Below are positions 32,310 through 42,296 of a DNA stretch of 64,000 nt, one piece after another (within the stretch, counting starts at the first letter, position 1; each line of letters begins with the position of its first letter). The DNA comes from Thermoplasmatales archaeon. GTDB lineage: Archaea; Thermoplasmatota; Thermoplasmata; Thermoplasmatales; Thermoplasmataceae. The position numbers and the translations under genes are program-made. Where the stretch lies: positions 192,001-256,000 of the forward strand of contig DAIDBH010000018.1 of NCBI GenBank assembly GCA_027310185.1, written 5' to 3'. The notes under the pieces were generated by a model that did no database searches, had not been told where the DNA came from, and saw only the letters and a list, made by a program, of their open reading frames with translations.

Positions 32310-33323
32310 ATGATAAAAGTGGCTATTAATGGATATGGAACAATCGGCAGAAGAGTGGCTGACGCAGTCAGAGCCCAGAAAGATATGTCTGTGGCCGGGG
32401 TAGTGAAAAGAAAACCAGATTATGTAGCCAGGGAAGCTGCAAGAAATTATCGTATATTCTCGAGTGATAAAGAAACACTGAAGGCTTTCTCGCAATCAAA
32501 TATTGAAGCTGAAGGAACAATGGAGGAACTTCTGGATGACGTGGATATTGTAGTGGATGCAACCCCAGAAGGACAGGGAGAAAAAAATATACAGATATAC
32601 AAGACGGCAGGGAAAAAGGCAATATTCCAGGGGGGAGAATCGGCTGCACTTGTAGAAGCCAGTTTTAATGCCTATGGTAATTTTGTGGATTCATGGGGAA
32701 AAGATTATGTACGCGTTGTTTCATGCAACACAACTGCCATGGCCAGGACAGTTTCAGCATGCATGCAGAAGTTTGGTGTACGAAAAGTTGAGGCAACTAT
32801 AGTCAGAAGGGCAACTGATCCAAATGACAGCAAGAAGGGGCCAATAAACGCAATAGAGCCATCTCTAGGGTTTCCATCACACCATGGGCCAGATCTGAAG
32901 ACCGTATTAAAAATAGGGGAAGCCAATACGGTGGCAATAAAGGTACCAACGACCCTCATGCATGTACACGTGGTGAATCTAACACTGGAAAAGACCATCA
33001 CACAGGATGATACACTGGATCTTTTCAGGGAATATGGAAGAATAATAACTGTATCAGGAAAGGAAGGGCTCACATCAACTGCCCAGCTGATGGACCTGGG
33101 AAAGGAAATGGGCAGGAAGAGAGGCGACCTCTTCGAGATACCTGTCTGGAAGGAATCTATATATGCAAATAACGATAATTTAAGATATATACAGGCAGTA
33201 CATCAGGAGAGTGATGTGGTTCCTGAAAACATTGATGCCATTAGATCAATGCTTCAGGAAAGGGACAGGGAATCATCCATAGAAGAAACAGATAAGGCAA
33301 TGGAAATCAGGGGGAAAAATTAA
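32310..33323 (+). CDS. gap: Glyceraldehyde-3-phosphate dehydrogenase (archaeal type II)
   Basis: [31 protein letters not shown] and [12 protein letters not shown] motifs. Confidence 0.96.
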   Translation: MIKVAINGYGTIGRRVADAVRAQKDMSVAGVVKRKPDYVAREAARNYRIFSSDKETLKAFSQSNIEAEGTMEELLDDVDIVVDATPEGQGEKNIQIYKTAGKKAIFQGGESAALVEASFNAYGNFVDSWGKDYVRVVSCNTTAMARTVSACMQKFGVRKVEATIVRRATDPNDSKKGPINAIEPSLGFPSHHGPDLKTVLKIGEANTVAIKVPTTLMHVHVVNLTLEKTITQDDTLDLFREYGRIITVSGKEGLTSTAQLMDLGKEMGRKRGDLFEIPVWKESIYANNDNLRYIQAVHQESDVVPENIDAIRSMLQERDRESSIEETDKAMEIRGKN

Positions 33324-34318
33324 TGGAAAAAAATGAAAAGATAAAAAAAGAAGAGGAAGCAAAGGACGAAAGCAAGAAATTGACAATTGAAGATATTCCA
33401 GGTGTAGGTGAAGCAACAGCTGAGAAGCTCAGGGAAAACGGTCTTGATGATATAATGGCCATTGCGACCGCCTCTCCAAAGGATGTTTCTGAGCTTACCG
33501 GGATAGGTGAAGGCTCAGTGGCAAAGATCATTTCAGCGGCGAGAAAAATTGCTGATATAGGAAACTTTGAAACTGGAGAAGAGATATTCCAAAAAAGAAA
33601 GGATGTTTTAAGACTGACAACAGGGAGCAACAATCTTGATACACTACTTGGAGGTGGCCTTGAAACCCAGTCAATTACAGAATTCTTTGGAGAATTTGGT
33701 TCCGGGAAAACCCAGATTATGCATCAGCTTGCTGTGAACTGCACTATGCCGGAAGAAAAAGGCGGATTCAACTCTGATGTTCTGATCATAGACACTGAAA
33801 ATACATTCAGGCCTGAAAGAATCATTCAGATGTCCAAGTACAGGGAACTGGATTCTGATGAAGTATTGAGGAGAATACACGTGGCAAGAGCATATAATTC
33901 ACACCACCAGATACTTCTAGGTGAAAAAGCAAGTGAGATGGCGAAGGAATACAAGGCTAAACTTCTGATTGTTGACTCACTCACATCGCATTTTCGTTCA
34001 GAATATATGGGAAGAGGATCACTTTCAGAAAGACAGCAACTGCTAAACAGGCATATGCATGATCTGCTGAGATTTGGGACACTCCAGAATGCAGTCATAG
34101 CAGTTACCAACCAGGTTGCCGCAAGACCCGATGTATTCTTCGGTGATCCAACGGCACCTATTGGAGGAAATATAGTAGGACACACGGCAACATTCAGGAT
34201 ATATCTGAGAAAGGGAAAGGCCGGGAAGAGGATTGCAAGACTGATAGACTCTCCATACTTACCGGAAGGAGAAGCCGTGATTCAGGTATCAGAAGATGGA
34301 ATAATAGATGGAACATAG
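33323..34318 (+). CDS. radA: DNA repair and recombination protein RadA
   Basis: N-terminal Hh[28 protein letters not shown] and RIARLIDSP; no intein. Confidence 0.97.
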   Translation: MEKNEKIKKEEEAKDESKKLTIEDIPGVGEATAEKLRENGLDDIMAIATASPKDVSELTGIGEGSVAKIISAARKIADIGNFETGEEIFQKRKDVLRLTTGSNNLDTLLGGGLETQSITEFFGEFGSGKTQIMHQLAVNCTMPEEKGGFNSDVLIIDTENTFRPERIIQMSKYRELDSDEVLRRIHVARAYNSHHQILLGEKASEMAKEYKAKLLIVDSLTSHFRSEYMGRGSLSERQQLLNRHMHDLLRFGTLQNAVIAVTNQVAARPDVFFGDPTAPIGGNIVGHTATFRIYLRKGKAGKRIARLIDSPYLPEGEAVIQVSEDGIIDGT

Positions 34319-34850
34319 GAGGGAAATGAACATGTGGGATTTGATAAACAATGCCTTTGGCAAGTACCCTTCTCAGATGAAGATAATAAAATATTTGATG
34401 AACTACGGGTTTTCTGTAAATGAGAAATTTGATGGTGAATTCTCACTATACAGTGGTAAAGTAGAAGTGAGACCAAGCTCTCTAGCAGAAGCAATTGACG
34501 TGGATAAGCGAGTTGTAATACAGGTCATAAAAAAAATCAGGGAGGACCCGAAGCTTTTTGAATTCTTCAAGAAACTGAAGCCAATAGCAGATATGAGCAG
34601 TGCAAGCTCCAAGCTTCTGGATCTGGGAATCATTGAAATAAAAGCAGAAGACCCCTCAAAACCTGGAATAATAAGTTCTGTTATCAATTTAATTTCCAGC
34701 AGAGGGATTGGAATAAGGCAGGTAATGGTAAGTGATCCTATAATCAGTGATGAACCAGTTGGAAGAATAGTAACGGAAACGCCCATAACAACAGATCTCC
34801 TAAGTGAAATAAAGAAGATTAAGGGTATAGATTCTGTTGTAATGCTATAA
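34308..34850 (+). CDS. Archaeal regulator of amino-acid metabolism with ACT domain
   Basis: W..I...F..YPSQ, HTH ([12 protein letters not shown]) and C-terminal ACT (PGIIS.V...I...GI.IRQ). True start may be a few codons downstream. Confidence 0.8.
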   Translation: MEHRREMNMWDLINNAFGKYPSQMKIIKYLMNYGFSVNEKFDGEFSLYSGKVEVRPSSLAEAIDVDKRVVIQVIKKIREDPKLFEFFKKLKPIADMSSASSKLLDLGIIEIKAEDPSKPGIISSVINLISSRGIGIRQVMVSDPIISDEPVGRIVTETPITTDLLSEIKKIKGIDSVVML

Positions 34851-34863
34851 ATGAGGTAAAAGT

Positions 34864-35235
34864 ATGGCATTAATTGGAAAAAAAGGACAAAAAGAACAGG
34901 ATTTGGATGATACAATAGAATATCTGGACCTTCAGGACTACCGGTTTGACACATCTCAGGAAAATGGAAGCCTGAAGTCCATAAAAGTGGTCGATGTAGA
35001 AAGGGCTGATCATGTGTCAAGAGCAGCTAAACTGGCTTACCAAAAAAATATTGTAATCATAGACATCAGCAACGCCAATAAGGACCCAAACAATACAAAC
35101 CAGATTGATGTATCCATTAGGAAGCTTGTAAAGGATATCAACGGTGATTTTGGAAAGCTTGGTGAATTCTATTATATCATAACACCATCTGACGTTTTCC
35201 TTGATAAGAAAAAGGTCAGGGACGATTATATCTAG
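34864..35235 (+). CDS. sepF: Cell division protein SepF-like
   Basis: EYLDL N-terminus, IKVVDV, NIVIIDI, DINGD and YIITP.DV...K pattern of archaeal SepF. Confidence 0.7.
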   Translation: MALIGKKGQKEQDLDDTIEYLDLQDYRFDTSQENGSLKSIKVVDVERADHVSRAAKLAYQKNIVIIDISNANKDPNNTNQIDVSIRKLVKDINGDFGKLGEFYYIITPSDVFLDKKKVRDDYI

Positions 35236-35327
35236 ATTTATTGCTAAACTTATTTATTATAAGAAATAATTCTTAATTCGTGAAATTGGAGTTCAGTTTT
35301 ATTATTAGGCGTTTCCTTTATTAAATT

Positions 35328-35670
35328 GGTTCTCTTCAGTTTATTGTGGGTAACTTCAATCCACCTGTCACAAGATATCTGATCGTATCCCTGTATTCAT
35401 TAGTTCTGAAGCCATAGGAACGCTTGAATGCAGTTTTGATCTGTTGTTTAATCCCTCTACGACAGCTGAATTGATGCCTGTTCTTATGGCTTCCATGATG
35501 CCATCAATATGTCTCTTCATTGTTTTTCCAGGCTTTACAACAATATCCTTCATTCTTGATCGTACTGCCCATGATATTCATTTTTTCACATACTCTTCAG
35601 CAAATGTTACGTTCGGGATCGATAATCTCTGCAACGCAATCTTGAAGTGAAGAGATCCATTTCCTTTAAA
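35328..35670 (-). mobile_element. ISL3-family insertion sequence, 3' remnant with right terminal IR
   Basis: Frameshifted translation ...FKIALQR...W.VRSRMK...KTMKRHIDGIMEAIRTGINSAVVEGLNN/IKTAFKRSYGFRT.EY...I.YLVTGGL.LPT matches the ISL3 C-terminus. It ends at a GGTTCTCTTCA terminus at 35328 (plus strand). Confidence 0.8.
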
Positions 35671-36148
35671 TCACATAATAGACCATTGAACTTTTCTGAA
35701 TTTTATTCCTTTTATTAGCTATTTTACTGATTATGGTAGTGTATGTGTTTGAATGAATATTACATACATTGCAAGGCTATATGAATACTGTACCAGACTG
35801 GGAAATGAAATACAAACCATGCTGTGTCATTACTCAGTGTGAAAAGCAATTACTATGCTTACTTGCACCGGAACACAATTCAAGAAGTATATACATATTG
35901 AGGACAATATCCAGAATCTGTTTTCTGCAACAAGAACAATGCCAACATTCGTAGGTGTATAACTAGGATTAATAAGGAATGTTTCTGAAAATGGCAAAAG
36001 GCCTGATGTAAGATCTGAAAACTGTTCCTGTAATATTATATATAAAAGCTTGGGTTAAGAATTAAATTTTCATTCATGGAAAAAACAAATTTGGATATAT
36101 TAGTATTTAAGGTTAAATAAAAAATAATTTTGATTTCCATATGTTGAT

Positions 36149-36409
36149 TCATTGATTACTCTCTAACCCTATGAAAACTGCTAGTTTCTTGAGCAGAAAA
36201 ATGATAATCTGCATTATAAGTGCAACAACTGAAAATACAAATGCAATGTATGACATTGCCCCTTCCCACTGAATTGCTGACCCAAATGCTGTGAGATCGG
36301 TAGGCGTAATTGATGCTAATATGTCCAGATAAATTAGATAAAAAACCACTATTGCAATCACATTAATTAAAAGACCAACATACACACCATTTAATTTAAT
36401 TCTCGCCAT
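36149..36409 (-). CDS. Small hypothetical membrane protein (2 TM)
   Basis: Intact 86-aa ORF with two hydrophobic helices, sitting between IS remnants. Confidence 0.6.
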   Translation of the reverse strand: MARIKLNGVYVGLLINVIAIVVFYLIYLDILASITPTDLTAFGSAIQWEGAMSYIAFVFSVVALIMQIIIFLLKKLAVFIGLESNQ

Positions 36410-37388
36410 GAACGCTACTTAATCAAAATGTATATCTTATATTTTTCTATGATCACTCCCTAGATATCATGAAGTCAAACAGTAATACTCAAATTTATTG
36501 TACAGGAAATAAAGAAGAGCACAAGTAAAATAGTAACAATACAAACACATAGAAACTTCTATGTTGGTACAATTAATTTATCGAACATAAGGCGGATGAT
36601 GAAATCAGATTTATCCATGATTCTTGAGGAGAGATAAAATGAAAAAGCTCGAAAGGTGTATTGAAAGCATGTAATACATTTTTAGTCTCAATAGATACTG
36701 GCAAGAAGGAAAACAAAGCAACTTGCATAGCACCCGAATGGTTGGAGAAGGAAGGATTCAAGTTTTCCATGAATATGGGAGATACGCTGAAGTTGCAAGG
36801 CAGATGCCGCCTGGGGCAAAAATAGCATTCGAAGTATCCGTATCTGCATATGCAGTATTCAAACCTCTGAGAGATTTGGCGTAGTCAGAAACAACAGTGG
36901 CTCATCTAAAGCAACTTTCATGGCCAACAAAATCAAAGAAGAAAGACAGGGTTGATTCCGTTAAACTCGTGAAAATGGATTTCGTGGACATGATACGAGA
37001 ATCCCATCTTCTTGAGGAGGATAAGAGGATATTTTGTCATTTCCCATTCGTAGGGGTAGGCTTGTAAAGTCTATCTAATTTTTTATGATACACCTATAGA
37101 TACCAGTGATAATTTTTCTGAGAAGAGGAGAAAAGTAATAAATGAGATTATGTTAAACAACCAGAAATGTCTTGTCCTTAAAACAATGCTAGACAGACTT
37201 GAATTCTTTGAGAAGCATAGCATTTCACCAGAAAGAGAAATATGAGGGGAAGCCAGAGAAACCGAAGATGTTAAGCTCCTCATGTGAATGCCCTGAATAG
37301 ATTACTATCTTGCACCTCTCCTTTCATCCTACGTTGGAAATGTGAAGAGATTTGAAACCAGTGTTAAACTTGCTTCATTCTTCGGCAA

Positions 37389-37982
37389 TTAACAAGCGGT
37401 AATCCTGCAACAGCAAATAAGAAACTTGACCAAATCATGGAAAGTACCGATCTTACGATCAACACGGGAAAGAGCCGTATAGTCAAGCACAAGAAAGTTT
37501 TTGTTTTCTTAGGCTTCAAGTTTGTGAGACAGTATTCCTCATGAAAAAGTGGGAGGTGACCAGATGGGTCCCCTGCCAGTTAATCCGAACTGAAGATACG
37601 CAACAACATGCACAACTTGAGGAGAAAACAGTGCTCAATCACTAACAACGCCATAGGAGGGAATAGGAAACACTCATCTCCATACCGATGGGATGGAGTA
37701 ACTAATTCGTCCACAGTCCCGTATCCAAATCGTTTTTAGATGTATGGAACTATGCACAAAGTAGATTGTTGTATATGTACCGCTACTATCACAACATACA
37801 ACGCAAATCAAAAACCAAAGACATTCCAAACCATATACTTTCCATCATTAACGCTATACCATCTACATTTCTAGGAAAATACCTAATCTCATATCATGAA
37901 AGCAGTAGGTAGCCGGTTGTGGAAATCAATCAGTCCGGTTAAAAGAGCAAGTTCCTGGTAGTTTCAGAGCTTTCCTCCCAAT
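37389..37982 (+). mobile_element. Group II intron, 3' half (decayed RT/maturase plus domains V and VI)
   Basis: Translation LTSG...LDQIMESTDLTINTGKSRIV...FVFLGFKF resembles RT6-7 and LISIPMGWSN*F....SKSFLDVWNYAQSRL..MYR resembles maturase domain X. Domain V AGCCGGTTGTGGAAATCAATCAGTCCGGTT is at 37911-37940, followed by a DVI-like hairpin ending in AT at ~37982. Confidence 0.78.
37911..37940 (+). ncRNA. Group II intron catalytic domain V (degenerate)
   Basis: AGC triad; AGCCGG pairs with CCGGTT; inner TTG/CAA stem around a GAAA-containing loop with a 3' bulge; lies directly after the maturase-like reading frame. Confidence 0.72.
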
Positions 37983-38640
37983 TTTAAGATGATAAAGCTC
38001 ACTAGGATGATATTCACTATGCTTATGGAACTAATGGAGTGTAAGTATGAAAGTTACGCATTAATTCAGGACAAGATATCAAAGCTGGAGGAGACATGAA
38101 ATGCCCTGATAAACGAGATATCTCACATGGATTTTACACACAAGATTGACTCATGAACCCTTTTTAGTGAGGGCCAGTATCTGTCTTCTCTGTATTAGCA
38201 GATCGTATAATTGAATATTATGCGTGTTTGCGAAAAGGCAGAGGGAGGAACTCCCGTTCCAGGTTCCCAAGAATATTACAACAAGTGAAAGAGATTAAAA
38301 ATATAACAAAAGAGGACGTAGCTGAGAATTTACATGAGTGACGGCAATCATTAAAGTAATTACCAAAAAATTATGAAATGTCAATTTTTCAAATACACGA
38401 ATGTATCCACTAATGAATATATGTTCTGGAGGTCGCACAGCACTCACGTAAAAGTGGAATTATATCATTCTTTAACTACGCGAAAGTTCGAAGAGCAAAA
38501 AACATATTATCTCAACGAAAAATGAGCGACACAAGGACTCTCAAAACATTTTCTAGGAAATTGAATTTAATAATCAACATATATAAATGTTCATAGTCGA
38601 GGGAAATGGTTTATATAACATGATAAGCATACGCACGATA

Positions 38641-41220
38641 ATGAATAAAAAGAAGTTTGTCATAGCTATGGTCTTCTCTTTGCTCATGCTGGGTTCGGCA
38701 TTTGCCATATCCGCATTAGCTTCAGGAGGATCTCAGATTGTTTTAACTGGAGGCCAAAGTGGGCCAGTTCTTAATGGTGAACCGAGCACATCTACAAGTT
38801 CAACGCCTTGGAGTATGCCGACAACCACCATGCAGGAACCAAGCTACACGAACGGAACGTTTAAAATGGGTATCGACTGTAATGTGAATTCGTTAAATCC
38901 ATTCCAAGAGACAACTTATTGTGATGCCTATGTCGTGGAAGAACTCTATGACGGGTTATATAACACACTGCCAAATGGACATGTTGTTCCATGGCTTGCA
39001 ACCAATTATTCTGTACAGCACGTAACCTCAAACAACCAGACGTACGATTTGCTGACTAACACAACAGTGAACTACTCATACGTATATACGATACATCTAA
39101 GGCCTTATGTTCAGTGGACTGACTGGACTCCAGCAAATGCCTCACAGACATACACATTCTCAAACGTGCTGCACTATTACTATAACGGAAACATGACAAC
39201 GCACGTATACAAATCCTACAAGAACACAACAATGAAGAAATATTACCTGCAGTCAGGTGATGTAGTCCAGTCCTTTAGAATGCAGCAATCATGCGGAGAT
39301 TGGCCAAATGTTGTGAGTGTTGTGCCGGACGGGAATCTAAGCGTTAAAGTTTTTGTTTCTTCGCAAACCCTGTTGCTATTTACGAGCGACTTCGAGAACA
39401 ATGTACTACCTTACCACATATGGATAAAACATGACTTTACATCTGTAAATGGGTTGTATAACTACACACCTGGACTAACATCAGGTAATGGATGGTATGA
39501 CTGGAACATGGGATGGAACACAGCTACTGGAAGATCACCGGGATCAGTTGGTACTGGGCCATTTATGGTACAGAATAGTTATGGAATGCCACAAGGTGCA
39601 ATAATACCAAGCCATGTTGAAACAATGTACGTAAATCCACACTACTTTGTGCAATATGCAAACAAAACAAGTGGACTCAGACAGTACACTCCAAAGATAT
39701 ATGAGATAGATGAACCGTTCTACAGTTCAGAATCCTCGATGATAGCAGCATATCAGAAAGGTCAGATAGACACGACTTCATCAGCACCGACTCCAAACTT
39801 CCTGCCCCAGATTCAATCAACGCCAGGCTCTTACATATATCACAAGACCTCCAGTGCATATGGTTACCTAAGGTTAAACACAAGAGTAGCACCTATGAAT
39901 GTAACTGCATTTAGACAGGCGCTGAACTATGCCACGCCAACAGCATACATAGCCAGTGCAATTAGCGATGGATATGCAATTCTGTCGTCCGACCCAGTAA
40001 ACCCTGGGAACACATTGTATTATAACTCATCGTCTCCCCTCTACACCCTTAACATGGCAAAAGCGAAAAGCCTCATAAACTCAATACCTGGGATGGACAA
40101 CGTCTCTGGAACATTGGAATACTACGGAAAGCCAGTTTCACTGACCATACAAACTACCGTTGGTTCAGTCGCACCAGACAACATAGAGGGAATTGATGCT
40201 ACGGAGAAATACTGGAATCAACTTGGAATATCCGTAACCCTGAAGGAAGAAGCGTTTACAACACTCATATCAAACATTGACGGAACAATATCATCTAACA
40301 ACAACCTGTACCAGATAGGCGATCTCGGAATCAGTACTCCTATAGGCGATCCAGCTCTTGATTGCCGTGTTTCCCTCAACCCAAAATATGGTATACCGAC
40401 CGGCAGCTATGTAGGGCCATTTTCTAGCATGACAGTTAATGGAAAGTTACTCAATGGGACGCAGGTACAGGATCTGTTCAATAACATAACAGCAAAAATA
40501 GTCAGTTCAGACTCACTTCCAAATGCAGAAAAGGAAGTTAAATATCTTCAGACTCTAATGATTCAACAGGCAACAATGATCAACCTTGGATATTTTGTCG
40601 ACCTCATACCAGAACAAACAAACGGATTCACTAACTACTCTCACACGAACGCGGATGCATCATATCTTTACTGGTACTGGCAGTTCTTTTCATTAGAGCA
40701 CACCAAATCAGCTGCGGTCAAGTATCCGTACTACCTCACAGTTAAAGCAACTGTAAGCTCTGGTACAACTCAGTACGACAATGAAACATCTACAATTTCC
40801 TTTACCGTATTGAATGGAACGACGCCTGTATCTGGAGCAACAGTCTTAGTTGGAATATCAGCTACATATGGTGGTATATTCAACATAACTTCAACAAATC
40901 TTGTCACCAATTCCAACGGAGTGGCAAATTTCGAATATGAAGTGAAGGATTTGAACAATTTGCTTGAAACTACTAACAGCACTGGGGCTGTAGTCCACAT
41001 TGGATCGGAGGATGTGAATATCACTGGTATCGCAGAAATTCCTCACTCAACTACAGTTGGATCAGGAAACGCGACAGTTGAACTGACACTAATGCCAAAC
41101 AAACCAGTGTCAACATCAACTCCCACATTGGATTACATAGCAGTTGGAGTAGTTGTGGCTGTTGTTGTCATAGCTGGAGTAGCCTTTGCAATAATGAGAA
41201 AATCAAAGGTAAAATCCTAA
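38641..41220 (+). CDS. dppA: ABC transporter substrate-binding protein (peptide/DppA-OppA family), C-terminally anchored
   Basis: Signal peptide, SLNPF, LYDGL....PWLA, VGTGPF, FRQALNYA, S/T-rich linker, C-terminal TM plus RKSK. Confidence 0.88.
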   Translation: MNKKKFVIAMVFSLLMLGSAFAISALASGGSQIVLTGGQSGPVLNGEPSTSTSSTPWSMPTTTMQEPSYTNGTFKMGIDCNVNSLNPFQETTYCDAYVVEELYDGLYNTLPNGHVVPWLATNYSVQHVTSNNQTYDLLTNTTVNYSYVYTIHLRPYVQWTDWTPANASQTYTFSNVLHYYYNGNMTTHVYKSYKNTTMKKYYLQSGDVVQSFRMQQSCGDWPNVVSVVPDGNLSVKVFVSSQTLLLFTSDFENNVLPYHIWIKHDFTSVNGLYNYTPGLTSGNGWYDWNMGWNTATGRSPGSVGTGPFMVQNSYGMPQGAIIPSHVETMYVNPHYFVQYANKTSGLRQYTPKIYEIDEPFYSSESSMIAAYQKGQIDTTSSAPTPNFLPQIQSTPGSYIYHKTSSAYGYLRLNTRVAPMNVTAFRQALNYATPTAYIASAISDGYAILSSDPVNPGNTLYYNSSSPLYTLNMAKAKSLINSIPGMDNVSGTLEYYGKPVSLTIQTTVGSVAPDNIEGIDATEKYWNQLGISVTLKEEAFTTLISNIDGTISSNNNLYQIGDLGISTPIGDPALDCRVSLNPKYGIPTGSYVGPFSSMTVNGKLLNGTQVQDLFNNITAKIVSSDSLPNAEKEVKYLQTLMIQQATMINLGYFVDLIPEQTNGFTNYSHTNADASYLYWYWQFFSLEHTKSAAVKYPYYLTVKATVSSGTTQYDNETSTISFTVLNGTTPVSGATVLVGISATYGGIFNITSTNLVTNSNGVANFEYEVKDLNNLLETTNSTGAVVHIGSEDVNITGIAEIPHSTTVGSGNATVELTLMPNKPVSTSTPTLDYIAVGVVVAVVVIAGVAFAIMRKSKVKS

Positions 41221-41229
41221 TTTTTTTTT
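41221..41229 (+). terminator. Oligo-T archaeal terminator/attenuator after the substrate-binding gene
   Basis: T9 run directly after the TAA stop at 41220. Confidence 0.45.
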
Positions 41230-41280
41230 AACAAAGTTTTTAAAACATTTTTTTATACAATTTCAATATGAGGGAAATAA

Positions 41281-42273
41281 ATGAATATTTATCTATTAAC
41301 TAGGAAGATTATTCAAGCATTCGCATTGGTAGTCATAATGACTCTGATAATCTTTGTTGTATTCAGGCTGATGCCAGGCAACCCCGGATTATTATTATTG
41401 AAATCGGCCAACAAGACAGGAACACCGCTGAGTGCGAAGCAAAAGGAGGCCATACTGAGCACATTAGGTTTGCAGGATGGAAAATTCTCACTCGTAGACT
41501 TTGAGACATATCTCTACCAGATGTTCACATTCCATTGGGGAAGGGATTTCAACTCTCCCGGTCAGTATGTGTATAATGAAATTGCCAATGCACTTCCGTA
41601 CACTTTAGTACTCATAGTATCGTCCGCTCTGCTCTCCTTCGCAATAGGAATTCCTCTTGGAATAGTTGTTTCAAAGTGGAGGGGAGGAAAGAAGGAAGGG
41701 GTAATACTAACGACCAGTCTAATTCTAAATTCCATACCTTATTTCATCCTAGGCGTCATTCTATTCCTCTATCTGGCCGTATATTCAAGTGTATTGCCCT
41801 TGAAAGCCAGCGTTCCAATTACGTACATAACACAACCCTCATTAAGCACTTTTCCTACATTATTGTACCATATAGCATTGCCTTTCAGCACCTTGCTAAT
41901 AATAGAATCTATGGGGCACATGATCACCATGAGGGCAGCGATGGTTTCAACTCTAGGTGAAGACCACATAACAACTGCAAGGGCAAAGGGAGTGCCGGAG
42001 AAGTCAATACTTAGAAAACACGCGGCAAGGATCGCTGTTATTCCAGTAACAACCAGATTGGCATTGCAACTCTCATTTTTAATAAGTGGTTCGCTGATTG
42101 TTGCAATCATATTTAACTGGCCTGGAATGGGACCTCTTCTATATCATTCAGTGTTAAATGAGGACTATCCTCTTAGCGAAGCTTCAACATTTATAATATC
42201 TCTTCTGACAATAGTTGCATATTCATTGATTGACTACATACATGCGTGGTTAGACCCAAGGATTAAAGTATGA
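41281..42273 (+). CDS. dppB: Peptide ABC transporter permease DppB
   Basis: RLMPGNP, LPYTL.L, EAA loop TARAKG, FNWPGMG and LDPRI motifs. Confidence 0.92.
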   Translation: MNIYLLTRKIIQAFALVVIMTLIIFVVFRLMPGNPGLLLLKSANKTGTPLSAKQKEAILSTLGLQDGKFSLVDFETYLYQMFTFHWGRDFNSPGQYVYNEIANALPYTLVLIVSSALLSFAIGIPLGIVVSKWRGGKKEGVILTTSLILNSIPYFILGVILFLYLAVYSSVLPLKASVPITYITQPSLSTFPTLLYHIALPFSTLLIIESMGHMITMRAAMVSTLGEDHITTARAKGVPEKSILRKHAARIAVIPVTTRLALQLSFLISGSLIVAIIFNWPGMGPLLYHSVLNEDYPLSEASTFIISLLTIVAYSLIDYIHAWLDPRIKV

Positions 42274-42296
42274 TAATTCAGTTGTGGTGAAATAAC

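Larger units (their letters stand above)
36616..38340 (+). mobile_element. Decayed IS110/IS1111-family element, interrupted by a group II intron remnant
   Basis: Multi-stop translation gives VSIDTGKK, KIAFE, VAH.KQL..TKSKKK-DRVDS.KL (DEDD RuvC domain), then EDVKLLM.MP.IDYYLA.LLSSYVGNVKRFET..KLASFFG up to ~37386. It resumes at ~37989 as MIKLTRMIFTML...KYE...KISKLEET* (stop 38099). The long right non-coding end finishes GAATTTACATGAGTG. Confidence 0.8.

Noticed and set aside
35769-35954. 61-aa Cys-rich ORF between the IS remnants
   Set aside because: TTG start, no recognisable motif in any frame I translated; probably decayed DNA
36573-37283. Minus-strand ORFs 36573-36770 and 37083-37283
   Set aside because: Antisense shadows of the decayed plus-strand IS110 transposase
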